A DNA stretch of 64,000 nucleotides from the human T2T-CHM13v2.0 reference genome, Homo sapiens: contig CP068257.2 in assembly GCA_009914755.4 (NCBI GenBank), positions 43,680,001-43,744,000 of the forward strand, in the 5' to 3' direction. The translations under genes and the position numbers were made by a program. The notes beneath the pieces were generated by a model, which saw nothing but the letters and a program-made list of their open reading frames with translations, was not told the DNA's origin and made no database searches. Shown in pieces: positions 25,723 to 40,499 of this stretch (position 1 is the first letter of the stretch; every line of letters starts with the position of its first letter).

Positions 25723-26989
25723 CGTTTGCTCATTTCCACCCAGGAATCCATCATCTCTCAAACTAAGGTTTCGACATCATTCCTTCTTTTCAGAAAGTGC
25801 AAACCAAAGCTAAGACTGGCTCACACATGCCACGCGGGAGTTAGAGTGAGAGCATTTTTCAGATCCTTGTTCTCTTCTGGCCCCACCTCCCGCAGTTTCT
25901 GGAAGTCCCAGGACAGGGAAAAGGAGAGAAAGGCAGAAAAGAAATTATCGAGTGTGGCTCTTCCCTCTCCTCAGAGGAAATTGTTCACCTGCCACCCTCG
26001 GAAATTTAATTTTCAGTGTTAAAACTTGAAATTTTATAGTAGTATGTGTACCAAAGTTATAAAATGGGCAAACTTGTCTAAACGAGGATTCCTACATTGT
26101 TATGACATTTTCCCCAGAGAATCACAAGCTCTGAGATACACTTGTGAACCTTACTTATGCAGACATTCTCTTAAACTGGGATTCTTTCTCTCAGTTTACC
26201 TTAGGCTAACACAGAAACATATTTTGACACAGAAAGAATTTTTTCTCTTCATTGCTCAAGTCACCTGGAGGCAGCTCCTGCCTGGGGTGGATGCCTCCGA
26301 CCCCTGGGAATGACCCCTGCAGCCACCACTGAGCCCCCCACAGAAGGAGGCTCGTGCCTGGTCCAGCTTTCCCACCCGGGGTCTCTGTGGCTGGCTCCCC
26401 CCAGCTCGGGGCAGAAGCCTAATTCAGGGTTGTTCTGCTCAGTTGATCCAGTCGGACGCTAGGATTTGCCTGGGGGCCCGGCCTGCCAGCAGTACAGGTG
26501 AGGGGACGCAGGCTTGGTCACAAGCACCCCTGCTGACCTTCCCTACAGACCTGGCACATTTAATCTTCTTCTTTGGGGAGGAGAAGAGGATGCATTCAGA
26601 AATGCCTTTGCTGATGAGGCCCTCAGGAGCTTGTACTGGAATCACTCAAAATTCCCAAGTAGCCTGAGTGTCCTAATTCATTTCTGTGTACATCTGCCTA
26701 ATTCTCAATCCACGTCTAAGGTTAGAATGAACATTTGAATTAGCCATTCTGGACAACACACACACGCACTATACCATGCATTTAGATCTCTCTGTACCTT
26801 GCTCGTGTCAGCACAAACGCAGCCCCTCTCTTTTCAAAAGCCCGGTTCGTTTTCCAGCAGGCGCGTGCTTTCATTAGACTTTCCCTCCTGTGGGTTCTGG
26901 CAGATTTCCCAACACAAGCACGGCAGGAAGTGCATTGTGTTTGTAGAAAATCCAAAATAATCTCTAGGTGAGTGTTAGGATGAAAAATG

Positions 26990-27185
26990 AATTTAGTGTT
27001 GGTACAGGTTTTTGCTTGTTGTACTTTTTGTGGGGGAGGGTGATAAAAATATTCCAAAATTGATTGCGATGATGGTTGTGCAATTCTGTGAATATACTAA
27101 CAAGCACTGAACTCTATACTGCAAACAGGTGAACTGTATGGTATGTGAATTATATTTTAATAAAGCTGTTATTTTTAAAAAGTAA
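26990..27185 (+). mobile_element. Old LINE-1 3' end fragment
   Basis: '...gtgaattatattttaataaagctgtt' followed by an A-rich tail resembles L1M 3' termini. Confidence 0.4.
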
Positions 27186-27189
27186 ATTT

Positions 27190-27780
<591 letters not shown>

Positions 27781-27952
27781 TTAAAATCCAGGCCAAAGTG
27801 TGTGAGTGTGTGTGTGTTGCGGGTTGGGGGTTGCCAAGCTAAAGTTTACGTGGGAATGGACGGGGCAAGAACAGCAAGACGACCTTGAGGACGACCAAAG
27901 CGAGGGACTCGGCCCCCAGGTGCCAGTGCCCACCACAAAGCTATAGGAGTCC

Positions 27953-28170
27953 AGGCCAGGCCACACAGCGGTCAGTGAAGTGGGATGGAAGGTCCAGACC
28001 AGGCCACACAGCGGTCAGTGAAGTGGGATGGAAGGTCCAGACCAGGCCACACAGCGGTCAGTGAAGTGGGATGGAAGGTCCAGACCAGGCCACACAGTGG
28101 TCAGTGAAGTGGGATGGAAGGTCCAGACCAGGCCACACAGCGGTCAGTGAAGTGGGATGGAAGGTCCAGA
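27953..28170. repeat. Tandem repeat, 43 bp unit x 5 (ccaggccacacagcggtcagtgaagtgggatggaaggtccaga)
   Basis: Five near-identical direct copies. Confidence 0.9.
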
Positions 28171-28680
28171 AACACGCACATGGGACACTTGATCCACAAC
28201 AGATTCAGGATTGCAGACCAGGGGCACGGGGAACCTCTTTACTCGTGGTACCAGCTCAGTTGCAGATGCATACGGAACGCAGGAAGCCGGGGCCCCACGT
28301 TCCCCCATATGCAGTCTGCAAATGCAAACACGGAGGCTGAAACAAACACGTCTGGAAGAAATCACAGGGGAGCATCTCCCCTGCTGTGCCCAGGATCCAC
28401 GGGTGAGCAAGACAGGGTCCCTGTCCGGATGGGGTTTCATTTGGGGGTGCGGAGGGGGTGCAGAACCAAAAAAAAACCAAGCAAGCGAGTGAAACAGGGA
28501 GCTCGGAAGTGGGCGCTCGCATAGGCCAAGGTGGGGAAGGCTGGCAGGCACGTGTGTGTGCAAGGACACCAAATGTTGATCTGCAGAGCAAAGCTGGGCA
28601 ACAGCAACCACATTAACCAATAGACGTCGGCTTATCCAGGCCATGGGACGATGTGTAGCTGTTAACATAAAGGTCTATCT

Positions 28681-29316
<636 letters not shown>

Positions 29317-30120
29317 TCAGACAGAGCCTGTGGCAGAGGCCATGGAGGATTTTCTGGTGGCCACAGACTGTCCTGTGGAATTCCAGCTCGTCGTTGGTCA
29401 ATGGGATGAAGTTTGGCTTTAGAGGTGGATGAGACAAGTTGGGCTCTACCCAGAGCAAACTAAAGCTGCTCCTGGTCAACAAACACCAGCTTAGCTGGCC
29501 CAACCGATGCCTCGGCCCCGGACACACAGCTGGGGGGAGGCCGGGTGAGGAGACTCTGTCCGTGGGATTCCACCTGCCCCGTGGGAGTGAGAGCACAGGC
29601 ATCGCTCACGGCGCTGCAGACCATGTCCACCACAGTGCAGCGCAGCCCTCTAGGCTGCGCCCACATTGCCCAGGCTCCGCTCGGCCTCATCCTCGATTTC
29701 AGGCCTCTGTGACTTACCCTTGGGGCCCAGCATAGCACAGACACTATGTCTGTTTAAATAGGAGAGCATAGAAAAGCCGAGTCCCTGCAAGGGACAACCG
29801 GCTTGAGATGACAGTCAGGGTCTCAGGCGAGACGGCCTCCAGCCGCCTTCAGAGCAGGTGCCTATCAGCGGGGCCACGTGGTGGTTTCACAGTGCCTTGG
29901 TCCCCAGTGCCGAACCTGCCCCCTTGCCCGAAAGCCGGGCTAAGCCAAGCAGCTGTGGTTGACGGTTTTGCCTCAGGAATTGTGTGTGTAATTTAGCGAC
30001 AAAACAAAGCAGGCACAAGGAAGACTCAAACAGGGAGGTCCCTGAAGATGGGAGACAAATGACCAATGGACAGAATTTCATGTCCTATTGGTGGCCTAAC
30101 AGCTTGGAGAAGCATTCCAA

Positions 30121-32143
30121 CTGGATTTTCAACACAAGGAATTGGTTAGACGTCCCTGGCGGGGTGTGTCTCTTCCAGCTGGATTTTCAACACAGGGAAT
30201 TGGTAACACGTCCCTGGCGGGGTGTGTCGCTTCCAGCTGGATTTTCAACACAGGGAATTGGTTAGACGTCCCTGGCGGGGTGTGTCGCTTCCAGCTGGAT
30301 TTTCAACACAGGGAATTGGTTAGACGTCCCTGGCGGGGTGTGTCGCTTCCAGCTGGATTTTCAACACAGGGAATTGGTAACACGTCCCTGGCGGGGTGTG
30401 TCGCTTCCAGCTGGATTTTCAACACAAGGAATTGGTTAGACGTCCCTGGCGGGGTGTGTCACTTCCCACTGGATTTTCAACGCAGGGAATTGGTTACACG
30501 TCCCTGGCGGGGTGTGTCGCTTCCAGCTGGATTTTCAACACAGGGAATTGGTTAGACGTCCCTGGCGGGGTGTGTCGCTTCCCACTGGATTTTCAACACA
30601 GGGAATTGGTTAGACGTCCCTGGCGGGGTGTGTCGCTTCCCACTGGATTTTCAACGCAGGGAATTGGTTACACGTCCCTGGCGGGGTGTGTCGCTTCCAG
30701 CTGGATTTTCAACGCAGGGAATTGGTTAGACGTCCCTGGCGGGGTGTGTCGCTTCCAGCTGGATTTTCAACACAGGGAATTGGTTAGACGTCCCTGGCGG
30801 GGTGTGTCGCTTCCAGCTGGATTTTCAACACAGGGAATTGGTTAGACGTCCCTGGCGGGGTGTGTCGCTTCCCCCTGGATTTTCAACGCAGGGAATTGGT
30901 TAGACGTCCCTGGCGGGGTGTGTCGCTTCCCACTGGATTTTCAACGCAGGGAATTGGTTACACGTCCCTGGCGGGGTGTGTCGCTTCCAGCTGGATTTTC
31001 AACGCAGGGAATTGGTTAGACGTCCCTGGCGGGGTGTGTCGCTTCCAGCTGGATTTTCAACACAGGGAATTGGTTAGACGTCCCTGGCGGGGTGTGTCGC
31101 TTCCAGCTGGATTTTCAACACAGGGAATTGGTTAGACGTCCCTGGCGGGGTGTGTCGCTTCCCCCTGGATTTTCAACGCAGGGAATTGGTTACACGTCCC
31201 TGGCGGGGTGTGTCGCTTCCCACTGGATTTTCAACACAGGGAATTGGTTAGACGTCCCTGGCGGGGTGTGTCGCTTCCAGCTGGATTTTCAACACAGGGA
31301 ATTGGTAACACGTCCCTGGCGGGGTGTGTCGCTTCCCACTGGATTTTCAACACAGGGAATTGGTTAGACGTCCCTGGCGGGGTGTGTCGCTTCCCACTGG
31401 ATTTTCAATGCAGGGAATTGGTTAGACGTCCCTGGCGGGGTGTGTTGCTTCCAGCTGGATTTTCAACACAGGGAATTGGTTAGACGTCCCTGGCGGGGTG
31501 TGTCGCTTCCAGCTGGATTTTCAACACAGGGAATTGGTTAGACGTCCCTGGCGGGGTGTGTCGCTTCCAGCTGGATTTTCAACACAGGGAATTGGTTAGA
31601 CGTCCCTGGCGGGGTGTGTCGCTTCCAGCTGGATTTTCAACACAGGGAATTGGTTAGACGTCCCTGGAGGGGTGTGTCGCTTCCAGCTGGATTTTCAACA
31701 CAGGGAATTGGTTACACGTCCCTGGCGGGGTGTGTCGCTTCCAGCTGGATTTTCAACACAGGGAATTGGTTAGACGTCCCTGGCGGGGTGTGTCGCTTCC
31801 AGCTGGATTTTCAACACAGGGAATTGGTTAGACGTCCCTGGCGGGGTGTGTCGCTTCCAGCTGGATTTTCAACACAGGGAATTGGTTAGACGTCCCTGGC
31901 GGGGTGTGTCGCTTCCAGCTGGATTTTCAACACAGGGAATTGGTTAGACGTCCCTGGCGGGGTGTGTCGCTTCCAGCTGGATTTTCAACACAGGGAATTG
32001 GTTAGACGTCCCTGGAGGGGTGTGTCGCTTCCAGCTGGATTTTCAACACAGGGAATTGGTTAGACGTCCCTGGCGGGGTGTGTCGCTTCCCACTGGATTT
32101 TCAACGCAGGGAATTGGTTAGACGTCCCTGGCGGGGTGTGTAG
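30121..32143. repeat. Large minisatellite/VNTR: 58 bp unit (ctggattttcaacacagggaattggttagacgtccctggcggggtgtgtcgcttccag) x ~35, ~2.0 kb
   Basis: Strict 58-bp periodicity with a few recurring variant positions (cag/cac/ccc, aca/gca/tgc, tta/taa). The ORFs 30142-31889 are frame-rotating translations, since 58 is not divisible by 3. Confidence 0.97.
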
Positions 32144-32217
32144 CAGGATAAGAGGAGCCACGCAGAAATATCGGGCTGCAGTCTCTAATTGGGTTGCTGA
32201 TAATAATATTTGTATTC

Positions 32218-32543
32218 TTTTTTTTTTTTGGCTGTTGTTGTTGTTTTTTGTTTTTGTTTTTGAGACAGAGCCTCGCTCTGTCGTCCAGGCTGGAGTGCAG
32301 CAGTGCAGTCTCAGCTCGCTGCCGTCTCCGCCTCCCAGGTTCAAGCCATTCTCGTGCCTCAGCCTCCCCAAAAGCTGGGATTACGGGCACCCGCCACCAC
32401 GCCTGGCTAATTTGTGTATTTTTAGTGGAGACAGGGTTTCACCATGTTGGCCAGGCAAGTCTCAAACTCCTGACGTCATGTGATCCACCCGCCTCAGCCT
32501 CCCAAAGTGCTGGCATTACAGGCGTGAGCCACCGCGCCAGGCC
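32218..32543 (-). mobile_element. Alu SINE (minus orientation), long poly-T at the left
   Basis: Reverse-complement Alu consensus (gagacagagcctcgctctgtcgtccaggctggagtgcag ... ggcgtgagccaccgcgccaggcc). Confidence 0.95.
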
Positions 32544-32840
<297 letters not shown>

Positions 32841-35420
32841 TAATATTGGTATTCTTATTTTAAACTAGAATATATACAGTTTCAAATAAAGCAAATGAAG
32901 ACAAAACATGTTAATACCATCAGGGGCCAAGATTTTCGGGGTTAGAGAAAAAAGCATACAAGTATAAAGTCAAAGAAGTTGAAGAAACTCTCCAGTTTGA
33001 ATAGGAGGCACCTGTGTAAGCTCTTGAACTCATGCCATATGTTTGTTTCATAAAAATACATTTTTTCTGCTGTGTCATCTGGAATTGCCCAGAAGCAAAG
33101 ACGACTCAGGAGCCACAGTCCCCGGCACCCAGGCTGGCTCTGAGCCCCTCTCCCCACTCACCTGAACCAGGACTCTGGGAAGTGACTGAGCGCGGGCTGG
33201 GCAGCGGCACAGGGAGCTGCTGGAAGCCCAGGAGGCATCAGCAAGTGCAGTGTCACCCGCCACGCCGGCGTCCCCCTGTCGAGAGGGCAGCCCCCAGCTT
33301 GAAGGGCTCCCAGCGCCAGCCGGGGCACGACAGGCATCGAACAGACTAATGGTATAGTGATGGTAGAAAACATCAAATGTTTGAAACTCTGTGAATTTAT
33401 CAAACCGCTTTCAAAACCTCCTGTCCCTCTCGGATGCTGTTAGGGCGCCAAGCCGTGATGCTGCGAACTGGCAAATAGGGGGAGGTAGAAAGCACGTGTC
33501 CCGGCTTTCCTGCGGGAACTTTCTCACCCAGCCGAGCAGCTCACGGGAGAAAGCTCTTTCCAGAGGATCTCCAGCGAGTAAACGCAGAAGGAGTGATGGG
33601 ATCCGAAGATCACCGTTTTGCAAACCTTCAGGAAACGCCAGAGGTGAGCCACTGCCACGAGAGGGTCTGAGCCGTCAGGGCGGGAGTAGGGTAACACAGG
33701 GAAACCGAGTCCCTACAAGGAGAGAGCCGGCTTGAGACCACAGTTAGGGCCTGAGCCGAGGCAGCCTCCTGCTGTATTGAGCTCTAAGGCGGTCCAAAAA
33801 CTCCCTCTGCGGGGCCACCCTCTGCAGCAGCACAGGCTGGAGGGGGTGCCAGCATCCTGCCCTCCAGGGATCCCAGGACCAGGGGCAGGAGTACCCAGTC
33901 CTCCTCTGGGGACCTGTGTGACCAGGCTGACCATCCCCAGAAGAGAGGCACCAGGACGCCCTGTGCCCCCACAAGATGCCAAGGGCAGAGGCCAGCACTG
34001 CCTGGCAACCCCAAGGCTGGAGGAAATGCAGGGAGGAGCTCATCAAATCCGGCCAGGCAGCAGCAGCAGCAGCCCGAGAGTGGGCATCCCATGGGACGAA
34101 CGGCCCGGGATCCACACGCAGATGCCCAGAAAGCGAGAGGACAGAGGGCGCGGGGCGGGAAGACGCGCCTCGGCCGGGGCAGCAAGGAAAAGACGTTACA
34201 ACAGCCGTTTTCAGTCAGGGAAATGTGAACAGGCTGAATATTTAGGGATCCATTGTGATGATTATATTGTGACTGTGTTTTCTAAAAAGGAGAGATATTT
34301 TATCTGCTGGGGGCACATACCACAGTATTTATGGACACAGTGATAGGACGTCTTCATTTCATTTCAAATACCCCATGGGAGGATTTATGAGGCTAGAGGG
34401 AGGCTGGCTATCACTGAAGCTTGGTGATGCATTAATGGATTCATCTTCCTAATAAAAAGTTATAAAATTATGTAAGAGTGGATAAAAGAAGGACATTAAA
34501 CAAAGGAAGTAAAAGGAAATCTCCTTACTGGCGGAGTCCCTGGGTGGTCTGTCTGATTCCAGCTGATACATAATCGTTACTGAAGGTCATAGGTCAGGCT
34601 GCTGGGAGTCTCAGGCTCCAAGGGCTGAGGGCGGGGGCTCCAAGGCGGTCTGCAGACCCCCTCTGTGGGGTGACCCTCTGCAGCAGCACAGGCTAGAGGG
34701 GTCCTAGCATCCTGTCCGCCAGGATCCCAGTACCTGGAGTGGGAGGGCCCAGCCCTCCTCTGGGTTCTCCTGGGGGCCGAGGAGTTGGGCCCAGGGCATT
34801 GTCGGGACACCAGGCCCTCCCATCGTCGGCTTCCTATGAACGCTTAGGCCAGGCCAGGGCAGAACAGTGGGTGAGGGCCTGTGTCTGGGGCCTGTGTCTG
34901 GGGCCAGGCTGCCTGACTCCCAACCTCTTCTCTCCCCTTCCTGCTGTACAACCCTGGGCAAGTTAGTGACTTTGCTGGATCTCAAAGTCCTCATCTGTAA
35001 GACGAGCATCATGCTGTGGGTGTGAGGAACCAATGGGAGCACGGCCGGCTGGCGGCACCTGCCCGGTGCATGGATCCAGGGTGGCTGGAACCCAATTCCA
35101 CATTAACCTGGGGTCTGGCAGCCAGAACCACCAGTCTCTGGGAGACGACTGCCCGGGTCCCCAGCAGGCCAGAGTCAGGCCCTGTCTGGGTCCCCACAGC
35201 CCCCATGCCCGTGCTGTAAACCAGCCTCAGGGGCTGGGGAGGAGGAGTATTCCCAGCCATTTCCCAGGCAGAAGCCTTGGTGCTTCTGCTCTAATTAGGG
35301 CTGGGGGAGGGGACCTGGGGTCATCATCTCCAAGGTCAGTGGTCACCACATTCCAGGAATCACCACCAGCATTGGCCTCAAACTCCTCAGCACCAATTGA
35401 CATAAAATCCATGGGAATTC

Positions 35421-35723
35421 AGCTGAAGCTTCACGCCTACAATCCCAGCACTGTGGGAGGCCAAGGTGGGAGGATCGCTTGAGCCCCTGAGTTTGAGACC
35501 AGCCCAAGCAACACAGTGATACCCCAGCTCTACAAAAAGTACAAAAAACAATTAGCTGAGGGTGGTGGCACGTGCCTGTAGTCCCAGCTACTCAGGAGGC
35601 TGAGGCAAGAGGATTGTTTAAGGCCAGGAGTTCAAGGCTGCAGTGAGATATGATCGTGCCACCACACTGCAGCCTGGATGACAGAGCAAGACTCTGTCTC
35701 TAAAAACAAAACAAATGAACAAA
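35421..35723 (+). mobile_element. Alu SINE (5'-truncated) with TSD
   Basis: '..tcacgcctacaatcccagcactgtgggaggccaaggtgggagg..' to an A-rich tail, flanked by 'aaatccatggGaattc' and 'aaatccatggaaattcc'. Confidence 0.9.
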
Positions 35724-36179
35724 AAATCCATGGAAATTCCCTCAGAGCCAGAAAATTGCTTCCAGCCTTTGGGAACGGAGTGTGGTTTGAGCTGCACTGA
35801 CTGGGCACGGTGGGCCCCACTCTGGGAAGAGAGGTTTCTTTCTGCAGCTTGATCACCCCAGTGGACTAATGAGGCGAGCTGTTCCCAGGAAGTGTGCTTT
35901 ACGTAACTGCTGGTAATGAGACTGGTGGGGCCGTGCGTGTGTGTGCGTGTGCGTGCTCGTGACTCTGGAAGCCTTCAAGCTGCCAGCATTCATCCGTCTT
36001 CTCTAATGAGCCTCATGGGAACATTATCGCCCTGGAGGAAGGAGAAAGCGGGGCTGGGCTCTCTCGCCGGCAGCTCTGCTCCAGAACTGGAAGAACTTAC
36101 TGCTGTCAGGGACACTCCAGAGCTCCTGCCTCTGCTCATTCCTACATCACTCAAGTGAACAGCTCCTGAATTTAAAGAG

Positions 36180-36890
36180 GCACATGTACACATGCACAAG
36201 CATTCACACATGCACAAGCATTCACACATGCACATGGGCCACACACATATATGCGCACATGCATTCACGTGTGTACACACCACATGCATGTCCATAGGCA
36301 CACATCCTCACATGCTATATATTGCACATGTACATGCATTCACACAGGCACACACCACATGTATGTGCACAGAGAGCTGCATCACACAGCACATGTGTAT
36401 ATAGACTCATGTACCACACACATTACATGCATGTGCACACAAACGTATCACACAACACACATGCATATAAATTTGCACCACACACCACACCACACATATG
36501 CATACAGACATGCGCCCCATGCCACACATGTACGTGCACACAAACATGTATCACACAGCACATGTGCATATAGTCAGCACCACACACATCACACACATGT
36601 GTATACATATCACACATAGACTTACACATGTGCAATGCATTCCCACACACACCATGTACATTCATATACCCACATGCATCACACACACTGCCACATATAC
36701 ACGTGTGTTGCATATGTGTGCACATGTACCACATATACCGCATACGTGTGCATGGGTGCATGCCACACACACACACACACCATGTACCTGTGTGTAGGTG
36801 CATGCACTCACATATACCATAGCTATGTACACACACAATTCGTATGTACACATATCTGCACATAGACCTGCATTTACATATATACCTGCC
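36180..36890. repeat. CA/CATG-rich simple repeat tract (~700 bp)
   Basis: cacacatgcacaag / cacatgtatgtgcac low-complexity. It is the source of the His/Thr/Cys-rich ORFs 36192-36892. Confidence 0.9.
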
Positions 36891-38141
36891 ATAGAAGCCA
36901 GATGTGAGAATGAAAACCTCAGAACCCAGAAGCCGTTGTGAGAGGAGTGTGGTGATCAGGAGATGGACTGGGGCTGGGAGAAAGCCCCTCCCACGGGCTG
37001 CAGTGCTCGGGACTTACAGAAGACCCCAGGGTAAGGGACAAGCTGAGCAGCTGATGCTGGAGGCAAAGCTGAGGTGGGCAGCACGGCCCCCCAGGGCCGC
37101 CTCGGTCCCAGCGCCGACCGCGAGTCTGTCCTCCAGCTGCCTCGTTCACTGGGCTTGAGTCGACAAGAACCTGCCAGGGAGGGTGGCAGGACCACGAGGC
37201 TGGGGGGCCTCAGAGTTTGCCCTGCAATGACAAGACCCAGAATGGGGGAAGGGCCTCCGCACACCTGGGGCTCCGCGGGGACCAGGACGTGGTGGCGGCC
37301 GGATCCCAGGATGGGGGGGAAGGGCCTCCGCCTACCTGGGGCTCAGCGGGGACCAGGACATGGTGGCGGCCGGATGGACCCCAAAAACAGAGCAAGACTG
37401 ACGGAGAGCGTGGATCAGGGAGGTTCTGCACCAGCTCTTCGCACAATGAGGAAAGATCTTGCTGCTACAAAATAGAAGGAACTCAGCAAACAACCTCTCT
37501 GAGTGGTGGGTAAAGATGCCCACGCCCTGGCATATGTGGTACTAGAACCTCATGCTGTACAGGCGTTCCGCTCCGCTGAGGGCCTCCTGGACACCTTGAG
37601 TTTGAGGCCAGCAGAGGCCTGGCCTTGCTGCCTACCCACCTGCCTGGCCACTTGTCCACCGACAGCGTGGCCTGGGCCCTGGCAGTGGAACAGGGAGGCA
37701 TCCCTAGTTTCCCCTCTGGCTCCGGGGTCTGAGTGGGGAGCCCCTGGTGTGGGGATGTGTTCATCCTCAGCTCTGCACCAGCCCCCACAGGCCCCAGGGT
37801 TAACCTGGGCCCACAGTTTCTAGGAAAGAGGGGCACGGGCTGAGGATGCAGGGCCCACCCTTCCTGTGGGGGCCAGAGGGCTCCTCTGCCTCTCCCAGGA
37901 CCACTTCCTTCCTCCCACATGGATGACCCGGGGGTCCAACCCTGGAAAATCTGAGCAGCTTGGCTGTGGTTCAACCTCCTCTTTCCACTAGCCTGCACCT
38001 GGGACCCACTTCCTGCCGGCTGCCACTGCTGGCAGGTCCAGGGCAGCCCTGGCCATTGGTCAGCCCTGCAGCCAGCAGCCCACACAGAAACCACGCTGCC
38101 TCCAGCTTGGACCTCAGCATGCGGGGAGCTGTGGGGGCCTA

Positions 38142-38680
<539 letters not shown>

Positions 38681-39197
38681 TCACCCCGCCAGCCCCTCCT
38701 CGGCCTCCTCCGGCTCTGGCTTCAAGGCTTTATCCCTGGTGCTCACAATCAGCCCCCCGCCCAGCAGTTACCTCCATCCAGGCACACACGGCCCTCGTTC
38801 CCCTCTCTGCCCGTGGGGCGCCTCCACAGATGGCTGGAGGACCCATGCAGACCCTCGGCTTGGTAGCCTGCTGCCCATTCCTGTGCCCACAGCCGGGGCT
38901 CCTGTGCCCACAGCCGGGGCTCCTGTGCCCACAGCCGGGGCGGCCTGACCTCGCAGCACAGGGTGTCAGCCGGGAGGATGCGGGGGAGGCGGCTGCCCAG
39001 CCTCCTGTGATCCCGGCAGGTCCTGGCCCTGCACTGGGCCCGGTTTCACCACCTGTCAGCCTCAGGGTAGGATTTTATGCAGAGTCACGCAGTTTACACA
39101 CAAACACACACACGCTGGTATACACACGTATGTGCACACACATGCACAGGCAAGCATATACATATACATGCCGTTATAGATTGAACTGTGTCTCTCC

Positions 39198-39529
39198 CAA
39201 ATTCACATGTTGGAGTCCTAACCCCCAGGATCTGTGAATAAACTTATCTGGAGATAGCATCTGCAGTTAATCAAGTACAAATGAGGTAATTAGGGTGTGT
39301 TTGTGTGTCTTTTAAAGGGGGAGGTCTGGACACCGTGTGGAGACAGCTGTGGGATGCATCTGCACACTGAGGAGCCATGATGGCTGTGGGACGCCCAGAA
39401 GCTGGGGGAGGCCTGGAGCAGCCTCTCCCTTACAGCCTCAGGGGGAATCAGCCTGCTGTGAGATAATAAATGTCTGTTGTTTTAAGCCCCCAGTGTGTGG
39501 TGGCTTATTGTGACAGACCTAGCAAACTG
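39198..39529 (-). mobile_element. MaLR LTR fragment, MLT1-type (minus orientation)
   Basis: The + strand reads 'ccaaattcacatgttggagtcctaaccccc ... gcctgctgtgagataataaatgtctgttgttttaagcccccagtgtgtggtggcttattgtgacagacctagcaaactg'. This is the reverse complement of the MLT1 consensus termini (..ataacaaaataccatagactgggtggcttaaacaacagaaatttatttctcacagttctgg.. / ..gaattt.. end), recalled from memory. Confidence 0.6.
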
Positions 39530-39530
39530 T

Positions 39531-40048
39531 GTACACAGACACAGGCACACAGGCAAAGGCACAGGCACACAGACACATACACACAGACACAGGCACACAG
39601 ACACAGGTACACAGGCACAGGCACATAGGCACATACACAGAGGCCCAGACACACAGACACAGGCACACAGACACACAGGCACACAGGCATAGGCACACAG
39701 GCACACAGGCACATACACAGAGGCCCAGACACACAGACACAGGCACACAGACACACAGGCACACAGGCATAGGCACACAGGCACACAGGCACATACACAC
39801 AGGTACATATACACAGGCACAGGCACACAGGCCCAAACACACAGACACAGGCACACAGGCACATACACACAGACACAGGCACACAGACACACAGGCACAC
39901 AGACATAGGCACACAGGCACACAGACATAGGCACACAGACACAGGCACACAGGCAAAGGCACAGGCACATAGGCACCTACACAGAGGTACAGGCGCACAG
40001 ACACAGGCACACAGGCACGTACACAGGTACAGGCACACAGGTGCACAC
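39531..40048. repeat. (CACAGG/CACAGA)n-type minisatellite, ~520 bp
   Basis: 'acacagacacaggcacacaggc' period ~6-12 bp, immediately abutting the MLT1 end. Confidence 0.9.
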
Positions 40049-40367
40049 AACTCACCCGTAGTCAGTAGCATCAACTTTAAAGTCCAGCATAGCAGGGCTC
40101 AGGACCTGGCTGGACCATATTCCATCTGTTCGACCTTGAAAAGGTAATTTAATGATTCTGAGCTTCAGTTTTCTCACCTGAAAACTAGGAATCATAATAG
40201 TCTCTTCTTCATAGGGTTGTTGCAAGAAGCCGGGACATTTTGCCCTGGGTTTGGCATGAGGGGCTGCAGTGTCTCCTGTACATGCTTTAAATATTTTTTA
40301 AAGTCTCAACTATTTGTACACTAAACAACACACGTCTAAATAATGTGTGGGTCAAGAAGAAATCGCA

Positions 40368-40490
40368 TGCCAGGCAAGGTGGCTCTCGCCCATCGCCCCA
40401 GCTACTCGGGAGGCTGAGGTGGGAGGATTGCTTAAACCCAGGAGTCCATCAGCCTGGGCAATGTAGCAAGACTTAGCCACAAAAAAAAAC
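40368..40490 (+). mobile_element. Alu monomer-like fragment (FLAM/FRAM-like)
   Basis: gccaggcaaggtggctctcgcccatcgccccagctactcgggaggctgaggtgggaggattgcttaaacccaggagt..cagcctgggcaatgtagcaagac + poly-A; about half an Alu. Confidence 0.7.
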
Positions 40491-40499
40491 TTTTAAAGA

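Noticed and set aside
24642-26022. ORFs of 374 and 433 aa (HPSIHPS repeats) and antisense 235 aa (MDGWMDGW repeats)
   Set aside because: Pure translations of the (CCAT/CCAC)n simple repeat in different frames.
27953-28170. Possible repeat-spacer array (43-bp units)
   Set aside because: Units are complete head-to-tail copies without intervening unique spacers. It is an ordinary minisatellite.
30121-32143. CRISPR-like appearance of a long, regular direct-repeat array
   Set aside because: The 58-bp units are contiguous with no unique spacers between them. The context is mammalian (Alus adjacent), and there are no cas genes. It is a VNTR.
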